Part shown: positions 38,200 through 47,684 of the stretch, piece after piece
Numbering within the stretch: position 1 is the stretch's first letter
Layout of the letters: every line of letters begins with the position of its first letter
Source: Candidatus Sericytochromatia bacterium
GTDB taxonomy: Bacteria; Cyanobacteriota; Sericytochromatia; S15B-MN24; UBA4093
Assembly: GCA_036676985.1 (NCBI GenBank)
Contig: JAKFBU010000039.1
Location: 32,001 to 96,000, forward strand
Direction: 5' to 3'
Length of the DNA: 64,000 nucleotides
The notes under the pieces: generated by a model
What the model was told of the DNA's origin: nothing
The model's input: the letters and a program-made list of their open reading frames with translations, nothing else
Databases searched by the model: none
Program-made: the position numbers and the translations under genes

Positions 38200-39641
38200 T
38201 GCCAGCCGCTCCGGCGCAGGCGCGAGGCCGGCGATCGCGACGGAAACATGCGCAGCGCCCCCAACAGCTCGTCGCGGGTATGCCGGGGCTCGATGATCCG
38301 GTCCACGATGCCGCGCTGGGCGGCCGCAAGGGCCGACGAGCCGCGCTCGGCCCACTCGGCGCCAAGGCGCTCCAGGGCGCTCTCGTCGTCCTTGCCGCCC
38401 AGGATCTGCATGGCGATCTCGGCGCCGGCCACGCCGATCTTGGCCTGCGGATAGGCGAAAACCACCGAGCCGCCGCCCTGCTTCGAGTTGAGCAGGCCGT
38501 AGGCGCCGCCGTAGCACTTGCGGGTGACGACCGTGAGGCGTGGGACGTCGGTGTTGAGGGCCTTGTAGAAGTTCGCGCCCTCGATGAGGATGCCGTCGTG
38601 CTCGGGCTCCACGCCGGGCAGGATCCCGGGCACATCCACCAGGAACACGAGCGGCAGCCCGAAGGCGTCGCAGAGCTTGACGAAGCGCGTCATCTTGCGG
38701 GCGGAGCGGGTCGTCACGGCCCCGCAGTCCACAGCCGGCTGGTTGGCGATGACGCCCACCGAGCGCCCCCCCAGACGGATGAAGCCCGTCACGACGTTCT
38801 TGGCCCAGCGCGGCCACAGCTCGCAGAAGTCCCCGCCGTCCGCGAGCCCCTGGATGTGGGGCACCACGTCGTAGGCATGCGCGGGGTGCGCGGGCAGCGC
38901 GGGCATGGGGCCCAGGGGCGAGCGCGCCGGGCGGGTGCAGCGGGCGTCCAGGTACGAGAGGACCTCGCGGGTCTGGGCGAGGGCCTCCGCCTCGTTGGGG
39001 GCCGTGCGGTGCGCCACGCCCGAGATCTCGGCGTGGGTCTTGGCGCCGCCCAGCTCCGGCAGTCGCACGCTCTGGCCCGTCGCGGCCCGGATGACCGCCG
39101 GGCTCGTCGTCACCAGGAAGCTCGAGCGCTCGACCATGATCACCACGTCGGACAACGAGGCGAGGTAGGCCGGGAAGCCCGAGCAGAAGCCCATGGCCAC
39201 GGCGACCAGGGGAATGCGGCCCGAGTAGACGATGTAGCGGTGGAAGACGGCCGTGGCCCCCTCTAGGGAGCCGACGCCCTCGCTCAGGCGCGCCCCGTTG
39301 GAGTGCAGCATGGCCACGAGCGGCGCTCCAGCGTCCACGGCGCGGTCCATGAGGTCCACGATCTTCTGGGCGCCCCTCTCGCCGAGCGTGCCCTCCAGGA
39401 CCGAGAAGTCCATGGCGTAGGCGAAGGTGATCCGGCCGTCGACCTCGCCGATGCCCGCGATCACCCCGTCCCCGCGGGCGTCCGCCGGCTGGGGGCCGAA
39501 GGACTGGGGAACGGGCTCGACCTCGGCGCCCCACTCGACGAAGGTGCCCGCGTCGAAGAAGGCCTCCATGCGCTCGCGGGCGGACATGGCCCCGTGGCGC
39601 ACCCGGCGCGCGGGCGCCTGCGGAACGACTTCCTCGATCAT
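38196..39641 (-). CDS. Acyl-CoA carboxylase/decarboxylase carboxyltransferase subunit (AccD/PccB-like)
   Basis: GDGVIAG, GARLSEG, ELGGA, GVIANQP, DVPG, RKCYGGAY. Confidence 0.9.
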   Translation of the reverse strand: MIEEVVPQAPARRVRHGAMSARERMEAFFDAGTFVEWGAEVEPVPQSFGPQPADARGDGVIAGIGEVDGRITFAYAMDFSVLEGTLGERGAQKIVDLMDRAVDAGAPLVAMLHSNGARLSEGVGSLEGATAVFHRYIVYSGRIPLVAVAMGFCSGFPAYLASLSDVVIMVERSSFLVTTSPAVIRAATGQSVRLPELGGAKTHAEISGVAHRTAPNEAEALAQTREVLSYLDARCTRPARSPLGPMPALPAHPAHAYDVVPHIQGLADGGDFCELWPRWAKNVVTGFIRLGGRSVGVIANQPAVDCGAVTTRSARKMTRFVKLCDAFGLPLVFLVDVPGILPGVEPEHDGILIEGANFYKALNTDVPRLTVVTRKCYGGAYGLLNSKQGGGSVVFAYPQAKIGVAGAEIAMQILGGKDDESALERLGAEWAERGSSALAAAQRGIVDRIIEPRHTRDELLGALRMFPSRSPASRLRRSGWQ

Positions 39642-40897
39642 GGCTGAGCCCCCACATGCGAGACGACGGCCATCTCCACGCCGTCGGCGATGGTGGCGGC
39701 CGCGTCGTAGCGCTCGATCTTGTCGGAAAGGCCCGTGAGCTTTTGCGTGTACTGATCCCGCCGTTCCATGGTCTCGATCACCGCCTGGCGCAAGAGGCCC
39801 GGCTTGTCGATGACGTGCCGGCGGTGGATGGCGCGGGCGATCCCCAGGCGCTCGGCGTCATGACCGTTCCACTCCTGGTCGCCGCGCATGGGAACGAGCA
39901 GCATGGGCTTCTTCGCCTTGATGGCCTGGTAGATGGTGCCGGAGCCGCCGTTGAGGATCGAGAGGGCGCTGCGCGCCATGACCTCCTCGCCGGGCAGGAA
40001 GTCCCGGATGGTGAAGTTGTCGGGGATCTGCCGGGGCAGCTCGAGGCCTGCGGTGGTCATGAGCACCCGGTAAGGCAGGTCGCGCAATTCCCGGAAGAGG
40101 GCCGGGAACACGTCCGGGTTGGCGGAACTGCCCGCCGAGAGGTAGAGCCAGGGCTGGTCGTGCGGCAGGTCCTCGTCCCAGCCGGCCGGAGTGGGCGCCG
40201 ACCAGTAGAGGGGGCCCGCGACGCGGATCTGCGGGGGCAGGTGGGCCTTGGTCTTGCACCACTCCGGGGCATCGGTGAGGTAGGTGGCGACGCTGCCCTC
40301 GAAGAGCCTGAGGATGTCCGCGTGGGGCGGCAGGCCGTGCTCGGCCAAGAGCGCGTTGTAGATCGTGACGTTGTCCTTGAAGATGCGCGCCGAGACGATG
40401 GGCACCAGCTGGTTGAGGATTGCCATGCCGAGCGTCCGGCCGAGCATGCCCGTGACCTTGAGCGTCACCTTGTGCTCGAGGGGTGGGGTGATCTTGGTGC
40501 CCCAGTAGTGGGTCCAGTGGGTGTTGGTCAGGGCGATGACGCCCACCTTCTCGATGGCCGCCGCCACGTGGATCGAGGGGCGGTAGTCGCTCACGATGAC
40601 CGACGGCTTGAGCTTCTGGATCATCTCGCGCTCGGCCGAGACCAGGCGGCGCAGGGACTCGGGCGTGTGGAAGTCGAAGCCGTTGACCAGCACCTCGTCC
40701 ATGGTCATGTCGAGGAGCGGGTAGACCTCGATGCCCGCCCGGCGCACCAGCGAGTCCTCGGGCAGGACGAACGGGCCGTCGCCCACGAAGACGCAGCGGT
40801 AGCCGCGGCGCTGCAGCTCCAGGGCGACCAGGAGCGAGCGGCCCACATGCGAGAGGCCCCACGAGTGCGGGGCGAAGACGATGGGCGCCTTGGTCAT
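39638..40897 (-). CDS. GT-B glycosyltransferase (GT1/GT28-like)
   Basis: LSHVGR, YLSAGSS, NGGSGT, VPMRGDQ. Confidence 0.85.
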   Translation of the reverse strand: MTKAPIVFAPHSWGLSHVGRSLLVALELQRRGYRCVFVGDGPFVLPEDSLVRRAGIEVYPLLDMTMDEVLVNGFDFHTPESLRRLVSAEREMIQKLKPSVIVSDYRPSIHVAAAIEKVGVIALTNTHWTHYWGTKITPPLEHKVTLKVTGMLGRTLGMAILNQLVPIVSARIFKDNVTIYNALLAEHGLPPHADILRLFEGSVATYLTDAPEWCKTKAHLPPQIRVAGPLYWSAPTPAGWDEDLPHDQPWLYLSAGSSANPDVFPALFRELRDLPYRVLMTTAGLELPRQIPDNFTIRDFLPGEEVMARSALSILNGGSGTIYQAIKAKKPMLLVPMRGDQEWNGHDAERLGIARAIHRRHVIDKPGLLRQAVIETMERRDQYTQKLTGLSDKIERYDAAATIADGVEMAVVSHVGAQP

Positions 40898-41931
40898 GAG
40901 CGGACCTCCTCGGTGGGGTGTTCGTCGGCGGGCACGCGGTAGAAGGCCACCCCGCCGGAGTAGCCGCCACCCAGCGTGGCGAGGGCGATGAGGGCGCCGG
41001 GCCGCCAGGCCGGCAGGCGACGGGCGCGCTCCAGGGCGATCGCGATGGACGCCGCCACGGTGTTGCCCGTCTCGGGGATGGTCACGACCCGCTTCTCCAC
41101 GGGCAGCTCAAGTAGCTCGAAGATGCGGTCGAGCATCACGAGGTTGGCCTGGTGCGGGATGACCATGTCGAGGTCGTCCAGGCCCACGCCCATCTCGCCG
41201 CATGCCCGGCGCACGAGGTCCGCCATGGCCCTGACGCCCTTGGCCGTGAGCTCGGCAGCGTCGCGGATGACGATGTAATGGCGCCCCGCCGCCACCGTCT
41301 CGGCGCTGGGGGGCTCGACGGTGCCGCCCGCGGGAACCATGACCATCTGGTTCAGGTCGCCCTCGGTCTGGAGCATGAGGCCGATGAAGCCCTCGTCCGG
41401 ACGGCTCGCCGGGCCCAGGATGGCCGCCCCCGCGCCGTCCCCGAAGATGGGGGCCGTGCGGCGGTCCTGGTGGTTGATGAAGCGCGATCGCAGCTCCGCT
41501 CCCATCACGAGCACCCGGGAGAGCCCCGTGTCCACCCCGCGCAGGCCGTGGTCGAGAGCAAAGAGAAAGCCCGCGCAGGCCGAGTTGACGTCCATGGCAG
41601 GGCAGGTGGCCCCCAGCTTGGCCTGCACCGCGCAGGCCGTGGCGGGGGTGGGCCAGTCGCCGGAGATGGTGGCGAGGACCATGCGATCCAGGTCCGTGGG
41701 GGCGAGGCCCGCATCCGCGAGGGCCGCGCGAGCGGCGGCCACCGCGAGGTCGGAGGTGGCAAGCGACGGGTCGGCCCAGTGGCGCGATCGCACGCCCGTG
41801 TGGCGCTCGATCCACTCCGGGGTGAGGCGCAGGCCCGTGCGCGCGATGAAGGCCTCGTTGGTCAGGGGCTCGCCCGGCAAGAAGGAGCCGGTGCCGAGTA
41901 GCCGAGCGGTCTGACGCGGACGGTAGAGCAC
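40894..41931 (-). CDS. KAS III (FabH-like) condensing enzyme
   Basis: SACAGF, FGDGAGA, IPHQAN, GNTVAAS; Cys-His-Asn intact. Confidence 0.92.
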   Translation of the reverse strand: MLYRPRQTARLLGTGSFLPGEPLTNEAFIARTGLRLTPEWIERHTGVRSRHWADPSLATSDLAVAAARAALADAGLAPTDLDRMVLATISGDWPTPATACAVQAKLGATCPAMDVNSACAGFLFALDHGLRGVDTGLSRVLVMGAELRSRFINHQDRRTAPIFGDGAGAAILGPASRPDEGFIGLMLQTEGDLNQMVMVPAGGTVEPPSAETVAAGRHYIVIRDAAELTAKGVRAMADLVRRACGEMGVGLDDLDMVIPHQANLVMLDRIFELLELPVEKRVVTIPETGNTVAASIAIALERARRLPAWRPGALIALATLGGGYSGGVAFYRVPADEHPTEEVRS

Positions 41932-41933
41932 GA

Positions 41934-42944
41934 CTAAATCCTCAGCACCACGCAAGCCGCCGTCACGCCACCCCCCACGGCCACCATGGCCACATGCTGC
42001 CCGCTCCGCAGGCGTCCTTCACGCCGGGCGTCATGCACCGACAGGAGCACGCTCGCCGAGCTCGCGTTGCCGTAGCGCTCGAGGGTGTGGAAGGCCCGCT
42101 CTTCGGGCACGCCGCAGTCGCGCAGGGCCCGGCGCAGGATAGGAGCGCTCGCCTGGTGCGGGATGACGAGGTCCACGTCGTCGGGAGCAAGGCCCGCGGC
42201 CTCGAGGGCCTCGCGGTAGACCACGGGGTAGCAGTCCCGGACGAGCTCCGAGACGTCTTCCGTGAGCCGGATCTGGTACTCGTCCCGGGCGATGGCCTCC
42301 GGGGTGGGCGGATAGAGGCCGGGGGGCATCATGGCCGCCGCGTGCTCCGCCTTGGTCCAGAGGGATCCGCCGAGAAAGGCCCCCGGGCCCCGACCCAGGA
42401 CCAGGGCTGCCGCCCCGTCGCCCGCGACCGCCATGGGCCCGGGCAGGCCGGGTGGCGTGAGCTTGGTCCAGGCCTCGGAAGCGACCAAGAGGATGGTGCC
42501 CGTGCCGAGGGACATCATGGAGGCTGCGACCGTGAGGCCGTAGAGGCTGCTCGAGCAGCCCGCCTTCAGCTCGAGGGCAAAGCCCCCGATGCCCAGGGCC
42601 TTGGCCACGTGGTTGCCTGTGTTCACGCTCGGGCGCGGGGCGGTGGTCGTGATCATGAGCAGCCCGTCGATGGCCTCGGGGGAGATCCCCGCGTCGTCGA
42701 GCGCGCGGCGGGCGGCCTCGATGGCGAGGTCCTGGCTCGTGGTCTCCGCGTGGTCCGCGGGCTGGCCGATGACGTGGGTCCAGTGGCGGGTCTCGACGCC
42801 CGAGAGCTTGCGCAGGCCTTCCGGGCTGAGGGCCTGGGTGGCGCCCGCGGCCTCGAGCAGCTCCTGGTTGGTGATCCGGCGCTCCGGAAGGGCCGCGCCG
42901 GCCCCCAGGATGGTCATCCCGTCGAAGCGACCGAAACGGCTCAT
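41934..42944 (-). CDS. Second, more divergent KAS III (FabH-like) condensing enzyme
   Basis: AGCSSS, AGDGAAA, IPHQAS, YGNASSAS. Confidence 0.9.
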   Translation of the reverse strand: MSRFGRFDGMTILGAGAALPERRITNQELLEAAGATQALSPEGLRKLSGVETRHWTHVIGQPADHAETTSQDLAIEAARRALDDAGISPEAIDGLLMITTTAPRPSVNTGNHVAKALGIGGFALELKAGCSSSLYGLTVAASMMSLGTGTILLVASEAWTKLTPPGLPGPMAVAGDGAAALVLGRGPGAFLGGSLWTKAEHAAAMMPPGLYPPTPEAIARDEYQIRLTEDVSELVRDCYPVVYREALEAAGLAPDDVDLVIPHQASAPILRRALRDCGVPEERAFHTLERYGNASSASVLLSVHDARREGRLRSGQHVAMVAVGGGVTAACVVLRI

Positions 42945-43723
42945 GCGCGCTCCGCCACGATGACGCCGTAGCCGAAGCGGCGCTTGTGGATCTTCCAGAA
43001 GGCCCCGAGGTCCCGGAGGTAGGCGCGGAACTGCGGATCCCGGACGAAGAGCCCGATCATGCGGGCCACGGCCTTGAGGCCGCCCGTGCCGTTGTCCCGC
43101 AGGAAGGAGCCCAACGTGGAGCGATCGGAGATGGTGGGGTGGAACTCCCAGTAGACGATGCGGAATCCCGCCCGCTCGTAGGCCGCGCGCCACTCGTCCT
43201 CGCTCAGGGGGTTCATGCGCACGCCCTCTAGGCCCTCGAGCGTGTCGAGCACCTCGGTCGGCACGGGCTCGTGGCAGGTCATGACGATGTCCGCGATGCG
43301 CCCGCCCGGCTTGAGCACGCGGCGCAGCTCGGGCAGCACCCGGTCCTTGTCCAGAAAGAGGGTCACGGACTCGGCGAAGAGCAGGTCGAAGGTCTCGTCG
43401 GCAAAGGTGAGGGCGTAGGCGTCGCCCTCGACGAAGGTCGCCTTGGCGCCGAGCGAGCGGGCGCGCTCCCTGGCGCGCTGGATCATACCGGGGCTGCGAT
43501 CGACCCCCGTCACCTCGGCCCCGTAGCGGGTCGAGAGCAGGCAGGACGTCTGCCCGACGCCGCAGCCCACGTCCAGGAGCTTGTCGCCGGCCTTGAGGCC
43601 CGTCTCGCGGATGAGGCGGTACGTCGCGGCCATGCCGCCCGGGTGCATGCTCGACATGCCGAGGGCGGCGATGCGCTCGAACCGGTCCAAACGCGCGAAA
43701 TCTTGAGCGTTGAGCTGCAGCAT
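42941..43723 (-). CDS. Class I SAM-dependent methyltransferase
   Basis: HPGG, LLDVGCGVG, FADETFD, RVLKPGG. Confidence 0.9.
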   Translation of the reverse strand: MLQLNAQDFARLDRFERIAALGMSSMHPGGMAATYRLIRETGLKAGDKLLDVGCGVGQTSCLLSTRYGAEVTGVDRSPGMIQRARERARSLGAKATFVEGDAYALTFADETFDLLFAESVTLFLDKDRVLPELRRVLKPGGRIADIVMTCHEPVPTEVLDTLEGLEGVRMNPLSEDEWRAAYERAGFRIVYWEFHPTISDRSTLGSFLRDNGTGGLKAVARMIGLFVRDPQFRAYLRDLGAFWKIHKRRFGYGVIVAERA

Positions 43724-43727
43724 GGGG

Positions 43728-43777
43728 TCATTATACCAGAGCGACACGGCGTTTGGACTACTGATATACTTTGTAGT
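43728..43777. promoter_or_regulatory. Back-to-back extended -10 promoters with an overlapping inverted repeat
   Basis: Minus TGGTATAAT 6 nt before ATG 43723; plus TGATATACT 43762-43770; ACTAC-N11-GTAGT at 43757-43777. Confidence 0.6.
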
Positions 43778-43808
43778 GCCCGTCCGATCTGCCAAAGAGG
43801 ATGCCCGC

Positions 43809-44627
43809 ATGTCCCGCACCGCGCCCAAGAGCCATGGCCCCATCCGTTTCGCGCTCTGGATCGTCTACGACCTGGCCTGGATCGCCTTCGCCGGTCTGCT
43901 CTACGGCGCGGGCGTGCTCGCCGCAGGGGCGTTCCTCACGTGGGTCCACGGGCTGTGGGGCTGGACCGGCGTCGCCTTCGGCGTGCTGCCCGCCTACATC
44001 CTCATGCTCCTGGTGGTGGTGGTCCTGATGGGCGTGGTGAGCGCCCTCAGCCCAAAGGTGACGCCGGGCATCTACGAGAAGTTCAAGCCGGGCCCCTTCT
44101 TCGCCCTCGTCTGGCGCACGGGCCTGAGCAACGTCATCTTCGCCATGCCCTTCCTGCGCACGGTGCACTTCATCGCCCTCCTGCGCTTCCTGTACTACCG
44201 CGGCCAGGGCATGAAGACCCATTACGAGAACTGGATCAGCCCGGACGTCACGATCGCCGACGCCTTCATGATCACCCTCGGGCGCGGCGTGAACATCGGG
44301 GGCCTCGCGAGCCTGAGCGGCCACCTGGCCCTGCCCGATCGCATGATCATCCTGCCCATCGTCATCGGCGACCGGGCGGTCATCGGGGCCCATGCCAAGA
44401 TCGGCCCGGGCGTGGAGGTGGGCGCGGACGCCATGGTGGGGGCGAACGCGACCCTGTCCATCAACGTCAAGGTCGGCGAGGGCGCCACCGTCGAGGCCGG
44501 CAGCTTCGTCAAGACGAGCACGATCATCGGCCCCTACGAGAAGTGGGGAGGCTTTCCGGCCGAAAAGATCGGTGAGGTGCGGCGCCCGAAGGCCGAGACC
44601 GCCTCAGCCGCGCCAAGCCAGGATTGA
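43809..44627 (+). CDS. Membrane protein with left-handed beta-helix (hexapeptide) acyltransferase-like domain
   Basis: Two N-terminal TM helices; IVIGDRAVIGAHAKIGPGVEVGADAMVGA repeats; WGGFPA. Confidence 0.8.
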   Translation: MSRTAPKSHGPIRFALWIVYDLAWIAFAGLLYGAGVLAAGAFLTWVHGLWGWTGVAFGVLPAYILMLLVVVVLMGVVSALSPKVTPGIYEKFKPGPFFALVWRTGLSNVIFAMPFLRTVHFIALLRFLYYRGQGMKTHYENWISPDVTIADAFMITLGRGVNIGGLASLSGHLALPDRMIILPIVIGDRAVIGAHAKIGPGVEVGADAMVGANATLSINVKVGEGATVEAGSFVKTSTIIGPYEKWGGFPAEKIGEVRRPKAETASAAPSQD

Positions 44628-44761
44628 CGGCAAAGCCCCGGATCGCATCCCCTAGGTACGGGGGCGGGAGCCTCGTCAGCAAGTTTCGCTCAAACTTAAC
44701 CGACCGTTAAGAAGCCGTTCTCCCGCTGGGCGCGATAACGCTCCTGGTGGAGGAGTACGAC

Positions 44762-45427
44762 ATGCGGATTCCAGGCTCCAACCTGATCATGAACCGGCTG
44801 GCCAGCAAGGCCCGCCAGGCCGCGCCCATCGAAAAGGCCGCCCAGGCCGTCAAGGCCGTGGCGCCCCGCGTGTTCTTCTTCCATGGCGTGGATGCCAAGG
44901 GGCTCAAGGACCACGGCCGCGGGGCCATGGACGCCCTCGCCGAGCGCTTCCGCAAGGAAGGCTTCCCCGAGGCAAAGGCCCTCCACTACAACAGCGACAA
45001 CTTCCTAGTCAATCAGCTCGCCATTCCCCGCGAGCAGCTGTTCGGCACCTTTTCGGATCGCCTGACCAAGCAGATCCTCGACGAGATCGATCGCATGCCG
45101 CTCGTGCCCGGCCAGAAGGTCAACCTGGTGGGCTACAGCCTCGGCACCAAGGTCGCGGCCAACGTGGCCGAGGCCCTCGACCAGCGCAAGGTCCCCGTCG
45201 GCGTGCTCGCCCTCATCGAGCCCAAGAACGGCAACACGGCGCAGGCCCTGCGCAAGCTGCCCAAGGCCGAGAAGGTCGTGCTCGTCGAGAACCAACGCAA
45301 CCTCACCTTCCAGAATCCCTTCGGCGACACCTTCGTCTCGAAGCACGTGCCCCACAAGAACCACTTCGAGATGGTCGAGCAGCCCGACGAGGGCATGATC
45401 CGCTACCTGCTGGATCAGATGAAGTAG
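44762..45427 (+). CDS. Alpha/beta hydrolase, thioesterase-like
   Basis: FFHG, GYSLG nucleophile elbow, NHFEM; RBS GGAGGAG. Confidence 0.75.
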   Translation: MRIPGSNLIMNRLASKARQAAPIEKAAQAVKAVAPRVFFFHGVDAKGLKDHGRGAMDALAERFRKEGFPEAKALHYNSDNFLVNQLAIPREQLFGTFSDRLTKQILDEIDRMPLVPGQKVNLVGYSLGTKVAANVAEALDQRKVPVGVLALIEPKNGNTAQALRKLPKAEKVVLVENQRNLTFQNPFGDTFVSKHVPHKNHFEMVEQPDEGMIRYLLDQMK

Positions 45428-45434
45428 CCAGCCC

Positions 45435-47624
45435 TTGCTCCACCGGTTCCTGGCTTCCCTCGCGCACGGCGTCCGCCGCTTCCCGCACCTCTTCATCGCC
45501 TGCTGGCTCATGCTGGCCGCCCTCGGGCTGGTGGCGCGGCCCGCGCTCGAATCGCGCCTCGTCCAGGCCGGCAACCCGCCCATCGGCAGCGAATCGGCCG
45601 AGGTCCAGCGGGTGCTGCGCGAGGCCTTTCCCCGCTACGCGGGCCTCTCTCACCTGATCGTCCTGCACCACCCCGATCGACCGCTCGATCCGGCACAGGA
45701 GCGTGCCCTTCGGGATCGGCTCGGCACCTTACCCCTCGTCCGCTCGGTCTCCGGGTGGGAGCTCGACGCTCGGGATACGGACGCGCTCCTGGTCGTCACG
45801 GACCCCGCGATCCCGGCCGTTCAGGCCGTTCAGGCGTTGCGCGGCGCCGTACCGCCGCTATCCGGCGTCGAGGTGTCGGTCACAGGGGCGTCGGCTGCCT
45901 CCTACGACCTGTTCGAGCTCCTGGGCGAGCGCCTGGCCGTCATCGAGGTCGTCTCCCTCCTGCTCGCCGCCCTCGCGCTCGGGTACGTCTTCGGAAGCCC
46001 GTTGCTCGTGGCGGTGACGCTGGGTGCAGGGCTCTGCTGCCTCGCCATCCTGCCCGGTCTGACCTACCTCGTGTCCCAGGGACTGCCCGTGAGCAGCCTG
46101 AACATGGTGATCGCCGCCGTGTTCGCCCTGGCCCTCGGCCTCGACTACCCGCTGTTCTTCCTGAGCCGCCTGCGCGAGGAATACGCGGGGGAGGCGGCAA
46201 CCGCCCTCGAGGCGAGCCTCGAGGGAGCCGGAGCCACCATCGTCGTGTCGGCCGCCGTGATGACGGCCGGCGGACTGTCCCTGTGGGCCGTGCCCTCCGG
46301 AGAGCTGCGCTCGATCGCCGTCACCATCGCGGGCTCGGCCGTGCTGGCGGCAGGCCTCACGCTCACCTTCATCCCGGCCCTGCTCGGGCTTTTCGCCCGA
46401 CGATGGGATCTCGGGCGCCAGCTCAGGCTCGAGCGGCGGGAGGCGGGCGATCGCCTCTGGGCCGAGCTCGCGCGCCGCGTGACGAGCCGCCCGGTTTCGG
46501 CCCTCATGGGGTCGCTCCTCTTCTTCGGGCTCCTGATAGCGCCGGTCACCCAGCTCAAGAGCTGGGCGCCGTACATCTCCCAGCTGCCGTCGGAGCTGGA
46601 GTCCAAGCGTGGCCTGGATCGGCTGCTCGCCCTCGAGGAGGGAGGCGGCATCAGCCCCCTCCTCGTGCTGTGGCAGGCCGACGGGCCCGACCAGGTGCTC
46701 GATCCGGGCTTCATCCGCCACATGCGGGGGGTTTCGCAGGATCTGACCCGGGATCCGCGCATCGCCCACGTGGAGAGCGCGGCCTCGCTGCCCGTGGCCC
46801 CGGAGGGCATCCGCACCCTCGCCCGGGCCCCGACCATGCTGCTCGGCGGCCGGGACCTGGGGATCAGCCCGGACGGCCGGGTGGCGCTCATGCGAGTGAC
46901 CTCGACGTACGCGCCGGACGATCCGCGGGGAGAGGGGCTGGTCGGTGAGCTGCGCGATCGCCTCCAGGCCAAGCCATACCCTGGCGTGACGCCGCTCGTC
47001 GGCGGCATGCAGGCGGAGCTGGCCGACACCCAGACAGCCTTCGCCCGGGGCCTGCCCTGGGTGGTCGGGACGACGCTCCTGTCGGTGACGCTCTTGCTCG
47101 GGTGGTACCTGCGATCGGCCGTCCTGCCCCTCAAGGCCCTCGTGACCAATCTCCTGCCCGTGCTAGCGGCCCTCGGCATCGTCGTCATGGTCTTCCATTG
47201 GGGTTGGGGGCCGGAGGTCCTGCGGGCGGGCCCGCCCATGCCCCTCCAGTCCACCACCGTCACGATCCTGCTCTCCGTGCTGTTTGCCGTGAGCATGGAC
47301 TACGAGATCTTCATGCTGGCGCGGATCCGCGAGGCCTATGACGCGAGCGGCGCACCGACAGAGGCGATCGCCCACGGCCTCAGCCGATCCGGCCGCGTGG
47401 TGCTGGGGGCCGCCCTCATCCTGCTCGGCGTCTTTATTCCCTACACGGCCATCGAGGTGCGCGGCCTCAAGGAGCTGGGAGTGGGCCTGTCCGCGGCCAT
47501 CCTGCTCGACGCGACGTTGGTGCGCCTGCTCCTGGTGCCCGCCGTCATGGTCCTGATGGGTCGCTGGAACTACTGGGTTCCCAGCAAGCAAGATTTAGCC
47601 AGATTTAAACAAACTGGGAACTAA
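45435..47624 (+). CDS. MMPL-family RND transporter
   Basis: Two halves with GLDYPLFFLSRLREE and SMDYEIFMLARIRE; DATLVRLLLVPA...WNYW. Confidence 0.9.
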   Translation: MLHRFLASLAHGVRRFPHLFIACWLMLAALGLVARPALESRLVQAGNPPIGSESAEVQRVLREAFPRYAGLSHLIVLHHPDRPLDPAQERALRDRLGTLPLVRSVSGWELDARDTDALLVVTDPAIPAVQAVQALRGAVPPLSGVEVSVTGASAASYDLFELLGERLAVIEVVSLLLAALALGYVFGSPLLVAVTLGAGLCCLAILPGLTYLVSQGLPVSSLNMVIAAVFALALGLDYPLFFLSRLREEYAGEAATALEASLEGAGATIVVSAAVMTAGGLSLWAVPSGELRSIAVTIAGSAVLAAGLTLTFIPALLGLFARRWDLGRQLRLERREAGDRLWAELARRVTSRPVSALMGSLLFFGLLIAPVTQLKSWAPYISQLPSELESKRGLDRLLALEEGGGISPLLVLWQADGPDQVLDPGFIRHMRGVSQDLTRDPRIAHVESAASLPVAPEGIRTLARAPTMLLGGRDLGISPDGRVALMRVTSTYAPDDPRGEGLVGELRDRLQAKPYPGVTPLVGGMQAELADTQTAFARGLPWVVGTTLLSVTLLLGWYLRSAVLPLKALVTNLLPVLAALGIVVMVFHWGWGPEVLRAGPPMPLQSTTVTILLSVLFAVSMDYEIFMLARIREAYDASGAPTEAIAHGLSRSGRVVLGAALILLGVFIPYTAIEVRGLKELGVGLSAAILLDATLVRLLLVPAVMVLMGRWNYWVPSKQDLARFKQTGN

Positions 47625-47684
47625 ATTTTACCGACCCGTCCCGGGCACCGTCCGATAAGCTCTGAGGGGAACCAACTGGGAAGG

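Noticed and set aside
34936-43723. Housekeeping fatty-acid synthesis or canonical oleABCD operon
   Set aside because: It lacks fabD/fabF/plsX context and an OleD-type extended SDR, and includes a glycosyltransferase, methyltransferase and carboxyltransferase.
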